A stretch of DNA of 64,000 nt from Octopus sinensis (GCF_006345805.1 NC_043004.1:25792001-25856000), one strand, 5' to 3'. Counted from the stretch's first letter, positions 27,780 through 40,740 are shown. The notes: generated by a model from the letters alone, not told the origin. Numbers and translations: made by a program.

Positions 27780-28400
27780 TAGCTACTGCTTTTGTTTTAA
27801 ACCATGTACTTCATTTTATCCTCATTTGCATGCAAGCCAGTTTGTGAAGCATAGGACCTAACTCAGTAATAACTTCTATTGTTTCAGTTATTAATGCAAA
27901 AGTCATCAGCTTAATTCACATCTGTGTGAAGCACTGCAAGATATCTCCTGCCGCATGCTTGTTGTAGTCTAAAGCCCATGGATTCATCATCTTTTGTTGT
28001 TTCTCTCAATGTATAGTCTAGAAAGGAGGCAGGTATGTCACCTTGAAGTACTCCTGCCAGAATTTCAAAGAAGTCAGTGCCATTATTGAGAGACCCTCAG
28101 AGGTGTCTTTATACACACGCACGCACACACACACACACACACACACTATATATATATCAATTACTAAGCAGGCTTCTGGAGGCATGTAATGCAAATTGAC
28201 CACCTGCAACATGATTAATTTTTGAGAAACCAATCAGCCACTGGATCATCATCCAATCCAGCAAAGATGCAAGACAGAAAGATTTCAATCTCACCAGAAA
28301 GGTTATATTAGGTCTTTCTCCAATAAAGAATGCAGCACCCACATAGGTTACTGGTTAGTAACCTCAGAATTAGAATTAGCTACACTGACAAACAAAAGAT
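27780..28400 (-). mobile_element. Decayed RTE-clade RT fragment
   Basis: The minus strand reads YKDT...TDFFEILAGVLQGD...LDYTLRE...ADDF across frameshifts. Confidence 0.7.
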
Positions 28401-30169
28401 AATCTGGTGAAAGACAGTGTGGAAACTGAAACATTGTTCTGCTAAATATATGTTCAAGGCTTTTCTAGATGACACATGATGAAGAGGAAAAGATGAAACC
28501 CTATAGAGGACAACAGAGTTTTTATGAGAGAACTTGCTGAAAGGTACAGACCAGATCTGTAACTGGAGCAAGGAATCATTCTAACATAAGGTGGGATAGC
28601 ACTATAGATAGAGCTATAATAGCTAAAAGACAGTCTTGCAAAACTGGAAGAAAATGGGCATGGAAGAGAAACAGAAAAGAAGCAACATGTGTATATAGCA
28701 TGGAGAGAGGCTGAGAGAAGCTTCTGTGTCTGTTTTGGTATGGTTTTTATGGCTGATGCCCCTTCTAATACCAACCACTCCATAGAGTGGGCTGAGTGCT
28801 TTTTATGTGGCACTTGCATAGGCAAGGTCAGTTTTGGCATGGCTTTTGCAGCTGGATGCTCTTCCAAATGCCAACCACTTTATCATGTGGAGTGGGTGAT
28901 TTTTAACTGACACCGGTACTGGCAGGGTCACCAAGTAACTTTGCAAGACAAGGAATCTTTGAGAGGGGAGGGGGCATTGGAAGAGATTGGTTAGAGTGTG
29001 ACAGAGTGACAGATGTCTTGCTGCAGAGGAAGTACATGGTTACCCAACCAGAGGAAGAGAGAAAGAGAACAAATTAACAAGAACGAGGGCAGAAACAGGT
29101 GTGCTGCTGCTGATGAGGGACATGGTTACCTAGAGAGAGATGGGGAGTTAACAAGAAAGCGGTAAGAGCAAGAGAAGGAGGGAGAGACAGAGAGCGGTCA
29201 AGAATGAGAGCAGAAACAGGTTTGTTGCTGTAGAGGAGATGCATGATAACTCAACCAGTGGGAAGAGCGAAGGAAAGAGTGAGAGAATAGGGGACAACAA
29301 GAACAGAAGAGGGATAGTGGTGAGTGCCAGGGAATACTTGCAAGGAACAGGGATCAGGGCATAAATAGGATAGTAGAGTAAGGCAGAGATGAATGGTGGC
29401 AGGTACTGGCGCGGTATTGCCAAGAAGTCCCAAGTAGGGAGCGGGGATGGGGAATGCCGTGACTGGTGAGAATCTGGGTATAGAGAGAGAGGGGATGGGG
29501 GAAGCAATGATACCTCATCATCATCATCATTTTCTGCAATCTCCACCTGTGGCAGAATGTGCACTAACATGAGATAGTTACCTCCATATTATGAATCTAT
29601 ACTGTTGGACATAGTTCATATTTGTTATATACTCTTCCATGTTGGCATAGGGTATGTTGTAAGAGGGTATTAATTTTGGAGTTTTCCTTCTCCTAGATTA
29701 TTTGCTTTCACCAAAGCTAAGGAGCTCAATCCTGGATATGGCAGTAAACTGCATCCTGTGGTGAGGATCCAGTTCTGGAGCTGAGGGAACTATGACTACC
29801 AGGTCCATTCTGACCCAGAACAGTAATACTTGTGAAGGTCTCATCCATAGGTTAAATAGATTTTTGTAAGAGTGTGTGTGTGTGTGTGTGTATACATATT
29901 TATATATATATGTATATATATATAGATATATAATTATATACATATATGTCAGGCTGCCCTTGCACTACTGGTAACATGTAATCCAGTACAACCTGTTGCA
30001 TGGTCAAGCTCTTGGCGACTAAATCAACAATCCCATCATGCTTGCTTGGTGAGGAGGAGGATTTCGGAACTCTCTGCAGGATGAAAATCAAGACTCATGA
30101 AAGGAAGTAGGAACTCAGGAAAACCAACAGCCTGTTGTTGCTTTGTACTTATACACGTACATCATATCA

Positions 30170-30410
30170 TCATCATCATCGTTTAATGTCCATTCTCCAT
30201 GCTAGCATGGGTTGGACAGTTTGACCGGGGATCTGGGAAGCCAGAAGGCTACATCAGGCTCCAATCTGATCTGGCAGTGTTTCTACAGCTGGATGCCCTT
30301 CCTAACACCAACCACTCTGTGAGTGTAGTGGGTGCTTTTTACGTGCCAGGCGAGGCTGGCAACAGCCACAATCGGATTAGTGCTTTTTACGTGCCACTAG
30401 TATGTCACTA
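30170..30410 (-). mobile_element. RTE 3' tail with (GAT)n end
   Basis: Collinear with 43025-43260 but CpG-decayed. Confidence 0.8.
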
Positions 30411-31214
30411 GTTTTCCAGACGTGAGTTCCACTCATGTGTCAAGTTTCATCAAAATCAATAAAATGATGTAGGAGGAGTTAGATAACAACGCCACAAACA
30501 AACCCACCCGCAGATTTCCACACATGTAGTAAATATATATAGGGAAAGAGAGAGAGAGCATCAACAGTGTGTAATGTATGTATGTATGCATGCATGTAAA
30601 TTTATTTCTATAATATTTCATCATTTTACATAAAAGCTGTAGCTTACCAAGAGTATGGTGAACAGAGCAGGGGGAGGTCATGTAGTTAAAACACTTTAAA
30701 CCCTGATTATAAGATTTCTCTTAACAACCACCATCTTTGCTGAGTATTACCTTCATTTATATAAATATAAAATATTGCTGTTGCTGCTTTCTGTAGTTTG
30801 TGAGATAGCACAGCAGATACTTAACAATGTGATTATATTAATCAAGTAAACAGATGTTTCATAAACAGTAGCACATAGTCTTCAGATAGGGTGTGTGGAT
30901 GGCACATGGTGATGGCAACCGGGGTTTGAAAGAAGAGGGGGAAGATAGATGGTAAGGAAAGAAGGAAGAAGAAGGAAGATAGATTGTAAAGAAGGAAGGA
31001 AGAAAGAACTGAAAGGAAAATGATGTAGAAAGAAGAATGAAAAAGGGAAAAGATGTCGATGGAGGAAGAATGAAGAATGAGGAACACTGAAGATAAAAAG
31101 AAGAAAAAGAATGAGTCAGAGTAAAGGAAAAGAAACAAGGAAAACAAGGGAATAAAGAAAATGAAAAAGAAGAAAATTAGATATATAAAGATTGTAGGGG
31201 AAACAAGCAATATC

Positions 31215-31515
31215 CTTTATCTTTTACTTGTTTAGTCATTGGATTGCAGCCATGCTGGGGCACTTCTCTGAAGGATTTTAGTTGAGTGAATCAACCCCAA
31301 TACTTACTTTTAAAGTTTGGTACTCATCCTACCATTCTCTTTTACTAAGTAACTAAGTTATGGGGACATAAACAAAACAACACCAGTTGTTAACCATGTT
31401 TCCATCTACCAAATCCACTCACAAGGTTTTGATTGACCCAAGGCTATAACAGAAGACACTTGATCAAGGTGCTATACATTGGGACTGAATCTGGAACCAT
31501 GTGGTTGAGCAGCAA
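31215..31515 (-). mobile_element. tRNA-headed SINE (family 2), decayed
   Basis: Reverse complement of the 26132 family. Confidence 0.7.
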
Positions 31516-31879
31516 GAGAGAGAGAGAGGAGGGTGAATGATTGACTGATCTGTATGTGTGTGTCTATGTGTAGCTTACTGTTGTGTTATTAGTGGTATCA
31601 AAAAAAAAAATACTTCATCCAGTGAGGGAATTTTGCCTCTAATTACCCTATTTACCTCCTCATTTCATTGTTACTGTCTATTTAAAATATACCTTGTATC
31701 CCCTCACTCTCCAGCTCTAAAAGGCTTGGGAAAAAGAATACAAATATGTTGTTTTTCCCAAATTGCACTTCATATTCGAGGCTCCGATGAAGCTATAGGA
31801 TGTTATTCAGGCACTCAAGCTAATGAAGTTCAAAACAACTGTTTTTCCCTTGTCATCACATTTTCTTATATATATCATC

Positions 31880-32110
31880 ATCATCATCATCATTTACTGT
31901 CCATTTTCCATGCTGATATGGGTTGGATGGTTTGACTGAAAACTGGTAAGCTGAGGAGCTGTACCAGGTTCCAAACTGATCTGGCATGGTTTCAACAGCT
32001 GGATGCTCTTTCTAACGCCAACCACTCCAAGAGTGTAGTGGGTGCTTTTTACTTGCCAGTTACAAAACACCAACATCAGCCATGACTGCCATCTCATGAA
32101 ACACCAGCAT
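31880..32110 (-). mobile_element. RTE 3' tail
   Basis: (CAT)n, CCATGCTGATATGGGTTGGA and GCTGGATGCTCTTTCTAACGCCAACC motifs. Confidence 0.78.
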
Positions 32111-32115
32111 CAGCC

Positions 32116-32149
<34 letters not shown>

Positions 32150-32239
32150 ATATATAAATAATAACCCTGGTCATTGTGCTGCTTCTCAAATAATTACCTC
32201 AGCTTTTACTTTTTTCCATGTGTGACAAAAAACTATATT

Positions 32240-32612
32240 CTTTTCTTTTTCTTCTTTTACCTGTTTCAGTCTTTAGTCGAGCAACTCGACCCCGAGACTT
32301 ATTCTTTTGTAAGCCCAGTACTTATTCTATCGGTCTCTTTTGCCGAACCGCTAAGTAACGGGGACATAAACGCACCAGCATCGGTTGTCAAGCAATGCTA
32401 GGGGACAAACGCAGACACACAAATACACACTCGCATACATATATATACATATATACGACGGGCTTCTTTCAGTGTCCGTCTACCAAATCCACTCACAAGG
32501 CTTTGGTCGGCCCGAGGCTATAGTAGAAGACACTTGCCCAAGGTGCCACGCAGTGGGACTGAACCCGCAACCATGTGGTTGGTAGACAAGCTACTTACCA
32601 CACAGCCACTCC
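32240..32612 (-). mobile_element. tRNA-headed SINE (family 2), young, with intact CpGs
   Basis: Near-identical inverted copy of 26132-26519. Confidence 0.9.
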
Positions 32613-33100
32613 TATGCAGACGTTTTTTTTTTTTCTTTCTAGCCTGTTAACACTAACCTGTCTTAATTTAACTTAATTTCATGTAATCATAGTTTTGCTT
32701 TTAATTACCCTCTTTCCCTTCTCATTTCATTCTATGTAAAATATATCATGTCACCCCTCTCTCTCTCTCCAGTTCTGAAAGGTGCAGTCATTCTGCCTTT
32801 TCCTTACTGGTGATGCACTCAGCTATTCCCACTCCCACCACCTATACTGGAAACCTCTTCTCTATACCAGAACCTCTCTCAGCAGCCCTTCTTCTAGCCT
32901 CCTTTGCCCCTCCCCCCACCCTCAGTAATCGCCTCCACATTACTGGGTTCTTTGTTTATATTTTTATAATAAATTAACTATTTCATTTATTCATTTACTT
33001 ATATTTGTATTAACAATGCTTGTATAGCACTCACTTTCAGTAGATGCAGCAAGACTAACATGATTGAATGATGGTAGATTAAATGTAAGGACAACTGATA

Positions 33101-33820
33101 TGTTAGTTAGTTAGTTAGTTAATTTGGCTCAAAAGCAAATAGCAAGGCCATGTAGGGGGACATAGAGTTAAGTACAGGGTGGTGTTCATGTAAAGAGTTC
33201 AGGCCACTTGAGGTCCAGGGAGGCTTTGAACAAAGCGGTTGTCGGCATCTTCACCATCTCGTCTGGCAGCTTGTTCCACGGATCCGCAATCCGGACGGAG
33301 AAAGCTCCTCTCCTTCGATTGAGATGAAATCGTCGCAGGTAGAGCTTTTCGGAATGACCCCACAGCCGACGCTCTGGAGCAGGAGTGAAGAACAGCTCTT
33401 TCGAGAGGTTACACTTTCCGCTTATGATGTTGTGGGCGAGAATGAGATCACCACGGCGGTGGCGTTCTTCAAGAGAATAAAGGTCGAGCGTCCTCAGCCT
33501 TTCTTCGTAGGACAAATTTTTGAGACCATGAACCATGCGGGTAGCCAGCTTCTGGACTCTTTCGAGATGCTGTATGTCTTTGAGGAGATAAGGAGAAGAG
33601 GCTTGAATCCCATACTCCAATATGGGTCTCACCAGCGTGACATAGAGTGGTAGGAATATGGCTGCTGTGAGCATTCCGAATGACCGTCGAATCAAGAACA
33701 GAATTCCGCGTGCTTTGTTGGCAGCATGGACGCACTGGGCTGAAGGCGAAAAGGAGGAATCCACCAAGATACCCAGGTCCTTTACCTGATCGGTCCTCTC
33801 CAGCAGCAGACGACATGTCT
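33101..33820 (-). mobile_element. CR1-clade LINE, 5'-truncated, with intact ORF2 C-terminus
   Basis: 193-aa ORF with LYVTLVRPILEY...LERVQKLATRMV...LSYEERL...PWNKLP. (TAAC)n 3' tail; possible TGTTAG duplication at 33101 and 33820. Confidence 0.92.
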
Positions 33821-33859
33821 GTTAGCAAATACTCATTGAAACCTTCTTTGCAGATGCTG

Positions 33860-35225
33860 AATGCTGTCCCTCCTTCTCCATGTTCCCTCCTGCCTCCCCT
33901 TTCACTTCCTTAAAGTTGGATCTGTCAATATAGGCACTTTGAAAGGTAGGTCTAGTGAGATTGTTGAGATACTTGAACACAGGCATGTTGATGTATGTTG
34001 CATTCAAGCAGGTGGAGTGGAGCTTCAGCCAGGTTACTCAGAGGCAAAAAATCTAGGCATAAAATCTTCTGGGAAGGCAACAGTGGTGGGTTAAGTGGTA
34101 TGGGATTACTTCCAGCTGAGAAATGGGTTGATAAGTTGATTGAGGTAGTCACAGTGCACAACAGGGTACTTAAGCTAAAGTAGTTTTGCAGAGTAGTACA
34201 CCAACAATTATCTTTTGCCTATGCCCCTCAACTAGGTGTACCAAATGAACAAAAGGATAATTTTTTATCAGATTCTTTTGCAGATTACCTCAAAGACAAA
34301 TAACAGTGATCTTATCTTCATAGCTGATTATTTCAATAGACATGTTGGGCAACACATAAGTGTCTTCCACAGTATAGATGCAAATAACCTAATGATTGGC
34401 AACACCAATTTCAGGAAGCCAGCCAGTCACCTGATAACCTATCAATCTAGTAGCCATGCTAGCCAAATTGACTACATTCTCACCAGAAAGCAAGATACAT
34501 GGTTGCTCACAAATGCAAAGACTTTCCCAGGTTAATCACAAGCAACTTCAAACTTCAAGCTAGAAGGATTCCAAAAAGCAGACCAGTCTGGAAAAGAAGG
34601 ATTTGAAAGCTTAAGGATCCTTTGAATTGTCAGAGATTTAGAGATGTCTTAATTGAAGCATTTAACATGGAAGAATTACAGACAAGTAACATAGAGGAGA
34701 ACTGGAAGTTCCTATATAACAACTTACTGAGTGCCACTGACAAAATCTGTAACTGGTGCAAAGTCTCAACCAGACCAAGGATAACATGGTGGTGAAACAG
34801 CACAGTAGACAGGGCCATTAGAGCAAAGAAACAGGCCTGGAAGAATAGTGGTAACAGAAAACCATATCAGGTAGCTAGAAGGGAAGCTAGAAGACAGGTA
34901 CACTTAGCCAGGGGAGAAGCAGAAAAGAAGTTTACCAGTGTTCTGTGGTGTGAGGACAAGCAGCTTGAGTTGTTTGGGATTGCAAGTCAGTGTGTCAGAG
35001 AAAATGTGGTAGGAGAGAAATGTGTTCGCATGGATGATGATTCATTTGTAGTTAGTGATTCTGCCAAGAAGGAGGCTTCGAAATACCATTATGAAAAGTT
35101 GCTAAATGTAGAGAATGCATAGGTGAAGGAAAGCCTGCCTAACGTGGACCCAACAGAAGGACTGGCTATCCGAATTGACAGTAGCTTAGTAGATAAGGCA
35201 ATTAAGGATGTGAATACAGGGAAAG
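33860..35225 (+). mobile_element. RTE LINE 5' part (APE endonuclease and linker), decayed
   Basis: KVGSVNIGTLKGRSSEIVEIL..VDVCCIQ and SQIDYIL motifs, continuing to the start of RT. Confidence 0.85.
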
Positions 35226-35624
35226 CCCCCAGCCTTTCAGCACAAGATAAACAAATTTTTATGCTAACAACACCATGACATGCTGGACTAATAAACCCTA
35301 CCTTCCAAATACAAACAGGAAACACCTAAATAATAACAAGAAACTGACAAGCCAAAACATACCACCTACTTACATTTTTTTGTGAGCCTTTAAAGAATTC
35401 CATTGGAAAAAAGTGGACACACCCAGTTACTAAGTTTTTAAATACTGGACTAAACTTTACACCTTTGATCTTTACATTGTCAAAGCAAAGGACTAACTCC
35501 AATGATATCAAAAATAACTACCAACAACAATCTTGCTTAAGAATAATAAATTTGTGAAAGTAGAGTGTAATCAGTCGGATTAATGTAAAATTCTTTTTAT
35601 CATAACTGAACATAAAAACAAAGA

Positions 35625-35709
<85 letters not shown>

Positions 35710-35725
35710 TAAGAAGAATACTCAC

Positions 35726-35799
35726 GCCATTATAATCACTGGTTTCTGATGGAGAATATGATGCTATAGCTGATTCTCTACTGAGAGTGTCTTCATTTG
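35726..35799 (-). CDS. TRAF7: Candidate TRAF7 N-terminal exon A ((A)NEDTLSRESAIASYSPSETSDYNG)
   Basis: Acceptor TTTCCAG and strong donor GTGAGT; 74 nt, phase 1 to 0. SRESAIASYSPSETS resembles the recalled human TRAF7 RSDSAISVRSLHSES. Confidence 0.68.
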
Positions 35800-36199
35800 C
35801 TGGAAATATTACAATGGAAGAAGACGTGTTGAATTATGGATACATTTTAATGAAATATAATTAATAAGACAAGAAACATTGATTGAAATAACAGTTGCAA
35901 TAGTTAATAATTATATTAGGGTAAAATAATCATTTTGAAGTTATATTGTCAAGTCTCATTAAAATAATTTCTTTTAATTAAAATGTATAAACTTGTGTGT
36001 GTGTGTGTGATGGCTTTGTTTTCAGTCTAAAACTGTAAACAAAAATATCAAATGCACATACATGCATGTGTGTGATGTGGTATAGAATAGTGTGGTGTGA
36101 TGTGCTTTCATATAGTGTGATGAAGTGTAATATATGATATCATGTGGTGGTCAATTTTACTCAAAATCTGAATATTTGACCAAATATCATTATTGCTAC

Positions 36200-36720
36200 T
36201 ATCTATGATACTTAGATGTAGTTAAGTCTATTACTGATAGAATCCTCATAGCCATTTTTTCATGATGACATCAATTTCAATGCAGCATCTCTCTTAATTG
36301 TCATCTGTTTTGTGTGAGATCAACCCTCACCATTCCTTCTATAGTCATCCTCTTTTGCAGCTTTCTCACTCCTGCTGACTAATACACCTTTATCCAACTG
36401 TCAACATTCATATACATGTCCATACTCTAGCAGTTTTCTCTGTCATACATTAAGGCTGATATCTTTAATGAATACTTTTTCCTCTCATACTTTGCTCCAG
36501 TGTCTATTCAAGCTAATGCCACACATCCTGCTGAGTATGTTCACTGCCTTTCTTTCATATATTCTCCCAAAGTGAAGTCCATGTCTAACCTCCATACAAC
36601 ATCTCACTTCATACATACACTCTAAAACTCTTGCTTCACAAAAAAGTCCTTTATTGCCAACACAGGATATAGCTCTCTGAACTTTTCCCACTCCCACATT
36701 ACACTGGCTACTGTTTCACA
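36200..36720 (-). mobile_element. Highly decayed RTE fragment
   Basis: Weak similarity to the KFRELLPLL...GSETW region. Confidence 0.45.
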
Positions 36721-36974
36721 ACATTCATACCCACACTGCTAATTAGGTCACACAAGTAACAGAATCTCTTAATTACCTCTAGTCAGTCTTCATTCCTTTG
36801 GCTACTCTCATCAATTATTCCTTATTAACTGTGCATCTGTATGCTTATGTGCATCTATATACTTATTCCTTATTAACTGTGCATCTATAAGAAATCCTCT
36901 GTGTGAGTACCTTAGATCACACTGTGCCCTTTGTGTACTCCTAGTTTCCACAAGGTAAATTATGGAGTTCTCAC

Positions 36975-37026
36975 CTTCTCCTTTTGTAATATCAATCACG
37001 GTCACTTCCCTTTTGGTTGTTGTCAT
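36975..37026 (-). CDS. TRAF7: Candidate first coding exon of TRAF7 (MTTTKREVTVIDITKGE); exon probably 36975-37049
   Basis: Acceptor CTCTTGTTCAG at 37051-37050, an in-frame TAG upstream of ATG 37026, and a phase-1 donor AG/GTGAGA that fits exons A and B. VTVIDITKGE weakly resembles human AVTTITKAD. The ATG could be internal if the AG at 37028-37027 is the acceptor. Confidence 0.58.
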
Positions 37027-37329
37027 CTGTTTTCCATCCTATGATTGTTCTGAACAAGAGGTTATATCAGATGTATTTTAGAGACTTCCATACTTTAATA
37101 AAGGACCACTCAACTACATTGATATTATTTGGTAGAGACATACATGAAACTGAAGATCAACCAAAGCTAATGAGGAGAGACTACTGGTCCAGCACAGAAA
37201 AAGAAAATATCCATCTTCATTAAACTAACGATTAGACCCTTTGAGTTTAGACTCTGCTTCTATATTAGAAACTTGATTTCAAATTTTTCATTTGATTCAG
37301 CTTTAAAAACTAGGTTGATGACATACTGG

Positions 37330-37780
37330 AGTATTCGGTGATAGCTAGATTTGAAGTCCTCTGTTATAGCCTGGAGACATGTAATAAAGAGTGGGTAGAT
37401 GATGAACTTCTTGTCTTGTAATGGCATTTACTTGGATGGGGTTAAGCTGGCTCCTATTGAGTTCACCGCATCACAGGTCAAAGCAGTCCATGCATGTCTG
37501 TTGGTGGCTGTTTCTGCAGCATGTTTGAAGCCATTCCTAGTTCCAGTGACAAACGCCAAAGACTCAAGGGCTAGAAACAAGCTCCATATCTGCTTTGACA
37601 GTTGTGAGTCACATCTTCAGCAGACCATCTCTCTGCTTCTGCCAACCTGGGGGAGGATCTGGTGTTATTGCCTTCTGGATGAGTTTGTCATGAGGGTGCC
37701 ACAACACATGACCAAACCACTGCAGTTTCCTTGTCAGAAAAGTTTCAAGAGGTGAGAGACTGCAGCAAGCATTGACACAC
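37330..37780 (-). mobile_element. RTE-clade LINE C-terminus
   Basis: The minus strand reads RKLQWFGHVL...DPPPGW...TVKADME...VFGV.HWN. Confidence 0.7.
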
Positions 37781-37849
37781 TAAATCCCTTCTTTAACTCA
37801 TTGCTAAGTTTTATTTTGCTGATAGCATCATTATATATCACTTGTATGG

Positions 37850-38228
37850 AGGCACAATGGCCTAGTGTTTAGGGCAGCAGACTCATGGTCGTAGGATTGC
37901 GGTTTTGATTCCCAGGCTAGGCGTTGTGAGTGTTTATTGAGCAGAAACACCTAAAGCTCCATGAGGATCTGGCAGAGGGTGGTGGCGAACCCTACTGTAC
38001 TCTTTCACCACAACTTTCTCTCACTCTTTCTTCCTGTTTCTGTTGTACCTGTATTTCAAAGGGCCAGCCTTATCACACTCTGTGTCACACTGAATCTCCC
38101 CCGAGAACTACATTAAGGGTACATGTGTCTGTGGAGTGCTCAGCCACTTGCATGTTAATTTCCAGAGTAGACAGTTCCGTTGATTGGATCAACTGGGACC
38201 CTCATTGTTGTAGCCGACAGAGTGCCAC
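37850..38228 (+). mobile_element. tRNA-headed SINE (family 4), sharing its 3' half with family 3
   Basis: Head GGAGGCACAATGGCCTAGTG. The 3' TCAAAGGGCCAGCCTT...GGATCAACTG matches 26785-26950. Confidence 0.8.
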
Positions 38229-38500
38229 AAATATGGCTTGCACAATTATCAAACTATTTTCTCTATTCTTAGTTTTCTTAGCAATCACCAAACCTATGAA
38301 GCATGTATCCTGCCAACAGCCTTCTCCATGTGCCGAATGTTACACTATGTTTTTCATTAATAACTTCCTCACTAGCAAGATGACATCAGTGGTTCCATGT
38401 CCTGGTACAAACCCAACCTACATGGCAGTTTTTCCCTCATTACTCTGGTTATTAACTCTCTCTCTCTCTGCAACTTTCGTGACTGATTTAGTCAATCTGT

Positions 38501-38728
38501 TTAACCCTTTTATTATTTACCCGGCCAAAACCGGCTCTGGCTCTGTGGTAAAATGTCTTGTTTTCATAAGTTTTGAATTAAAATATTCCACCAAATCTTA
38601 GTCACAATTTACGTTCCTAACACAAGATTAATGATAATTAAGTTATTTTACTAAATTCTTTGTTATATTTAAAATAGTTGAAAGAAACACAGAGCATCTC
38701 AAAATAAATACAGTAATGAAAGGGTTGA
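38501..38728. mobile_element. piggyBac-like MITE (220 bp)
   Basis: TTAA-CCCTTTT at the left end and GTAATGAAAGGG-TTGA at the right. Same family as 5181-6228, in the opposite orientation. Confidence 0.8.
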
Positions 38729-39229
38729 TACATCTGGAAGCATTTAACAATAATGATACTGCAGCACAAGTCACTGTGATTGATCTCTCCTCACACTATC
38801 TGATTACCTACACACATAATCAGATATTTTTAATATCTCACCAACTATCCCTGATTTTCCTGCTAACAGAATTTTAATGGAATTTTCTACCATATTGGTA
38901 ATCTGCATATTTAAGCCTTAACAAGAAGAACCTATTAGACACCATAGTCTCTGATCCACTAAAAGATAGTCATAGCTGAAACATCTTTTGTTATAAGTCT
39001 CATTCAATCAGAGATAATCTAGTGCTAAACAGCAACAACAAAGTGAACCTGCACATTGTAGATTACCTTGCTAAAAATAGCAACCCAAACTTCCACACAC
39101 TCTTTCAAAAGAGATGAATGCATTAGAGTGTAGTTCCTGATATACACAAAGACCAAACATTTGCATTGAAGTTCTACTCAAGCTACAAATATAAACAACC
39201 AATTTTCTTCCAAATCACACATCATCAAC

Positions 39230-39590
39230 AACAGCAGCAGCAGCAGCATTTAGTGTCCATGCTGACATGGATTGGACAGTTTGACCAGGGCTGGTAAGCT
39301 GAGAGGCTGCACTGGACTCCAGTCTGATTTGGCATGATTTCTACAGCTGGATGCCCTTCCTAACACCAACCACTCTGACAATGTAAATGGGTGCTTTTAC
39401 GTACCACTGGCACATGTGCCAGTTACATGACACCAGTATCTGCTACAACTACAATTTCACTTGGCTTGATGGGTCTACCTTCTCAAGCACAGCATATTGC
39501 CAAAGGTCTCGGTCATTTGTCATTGCCTCCATGAGGCCCAGTGCTTGAAGGGTGCTTTTTATGTGCTACCAGCACAGGTGCTAGTTTATG
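39230..39590 (-). mobile_element. RTE 3' UTR/tail
   Basis: TTTCTACAGCTGGATGCCCTTCCTAACACCAACCAC motif. Confidence 0.8.
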
Positions 39591-40363
39591 TCTTAAAAGA
39601 GAAACAGGAAAAAAAAAGAAAGATCACCACTAGGTAAAATAAATGCCAAGGCCAAATACTGTATCTTACAGAGAACTATCATGTACAGTGGGCTCTCTAT
39701 AGACAAACATAATCCACTCCAGGGCTCTGTTTGTTAATCATAATGTTTGTTACATGAAAAATAAAAATCCATATAAATAGAGGTAATCAGTTCAAAGTCA
39801 CAACCAAATTTCACATAAAAGCATGTATATATACATGTGTGTGTACGTGTGTCTGTACATTTTTCTTCTTGTCTTGCTTCTGTTGATCCATGGTTTTGTT
39901 TTTAGCAAAAAATGAGAAATATTATTATTTTCTATATAAAATATAAAAAATTCCAAGCTACATTAAATTCTTACATATTAACAAACCATTTGTACACTCA
40001 CCTACCCACATATAAGCATGCTTAGTCTACTTGTGGTTTGTTTGATTAAATTTCAGCTCAGTAAGCAAATAGGCACCTAGTCATTTACACTCGTACTACA
40101 TAAAAAGCACTAAGTACACTCCGTCTGCTCATGGTCTGTTGTCCAAATTTCAGCTATCTAAATAAATGAGCTCTCAGTCACTTATACACATGTGTAGTCT
40201 GCTCATGACTTGATTAAATTTCAGCTCCTCATGCAAAATTTAATTTATTAAAGAAAAATCATTCATCAATCAATTTGTTCATTTAGAGAACTATTTTATA
40301 TGGGTAACCCACTGTATATCTATTATATAGTGTAATTACTATTACACAAACATACATATAAAT

Positions 40364-40740
40364 GTGTAGCCATATAGTTAAAAAGTTTGCTTCCAAACCA
40401 TATTGTTTTGAATTCAGTCCCACTGTGTGACACCTTGGGCAACTGTCTTCTACAGGGCTGATCAAAGCCTTGTGAGTGGATTTGGTAGACAGAAACAGAA
40501 AGATGGGCTTCAGATGTGGTATGCAGGAGAGAAGATTGTACTGGTATGGTCATGTGATTTGGATGGATAAGGACAGTTGTATAAAGAAGTGCTGATTGCT
40601 AAACATGGAAGGAACATGTGGAGAACACAACAAAGTGGTGAAGACTGACCTCGAGATATTGAGACTCACAGAGATGTTGGGGGAGTGAGATGAATGGTGT
40701 TATGCTGTGCTTGAGAAGACCTGTCCATCTCAGTGAAACT
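40364..40740 (+). mobile_element. SINE family 2 head fused to an RTE C-terminal fragment
   Basis: SINE head and body to about 40505, then RRLYWYGHV-type RTE sequence. Confidence 0.6.

Noticed and set aside
29514-29546. Possible 33-nt exon VEIAENDDDDE
   Set aside because: The acidic run comes from a (CAT)n microsatellite; weak donor (GTATCA) and poor pyrimidine tract.
37930-38601. 223-aa plus-strand ORF
   Set aside because: It reads through a SINE, unique spacer DNA and a MITE, and has no recognisable domain.
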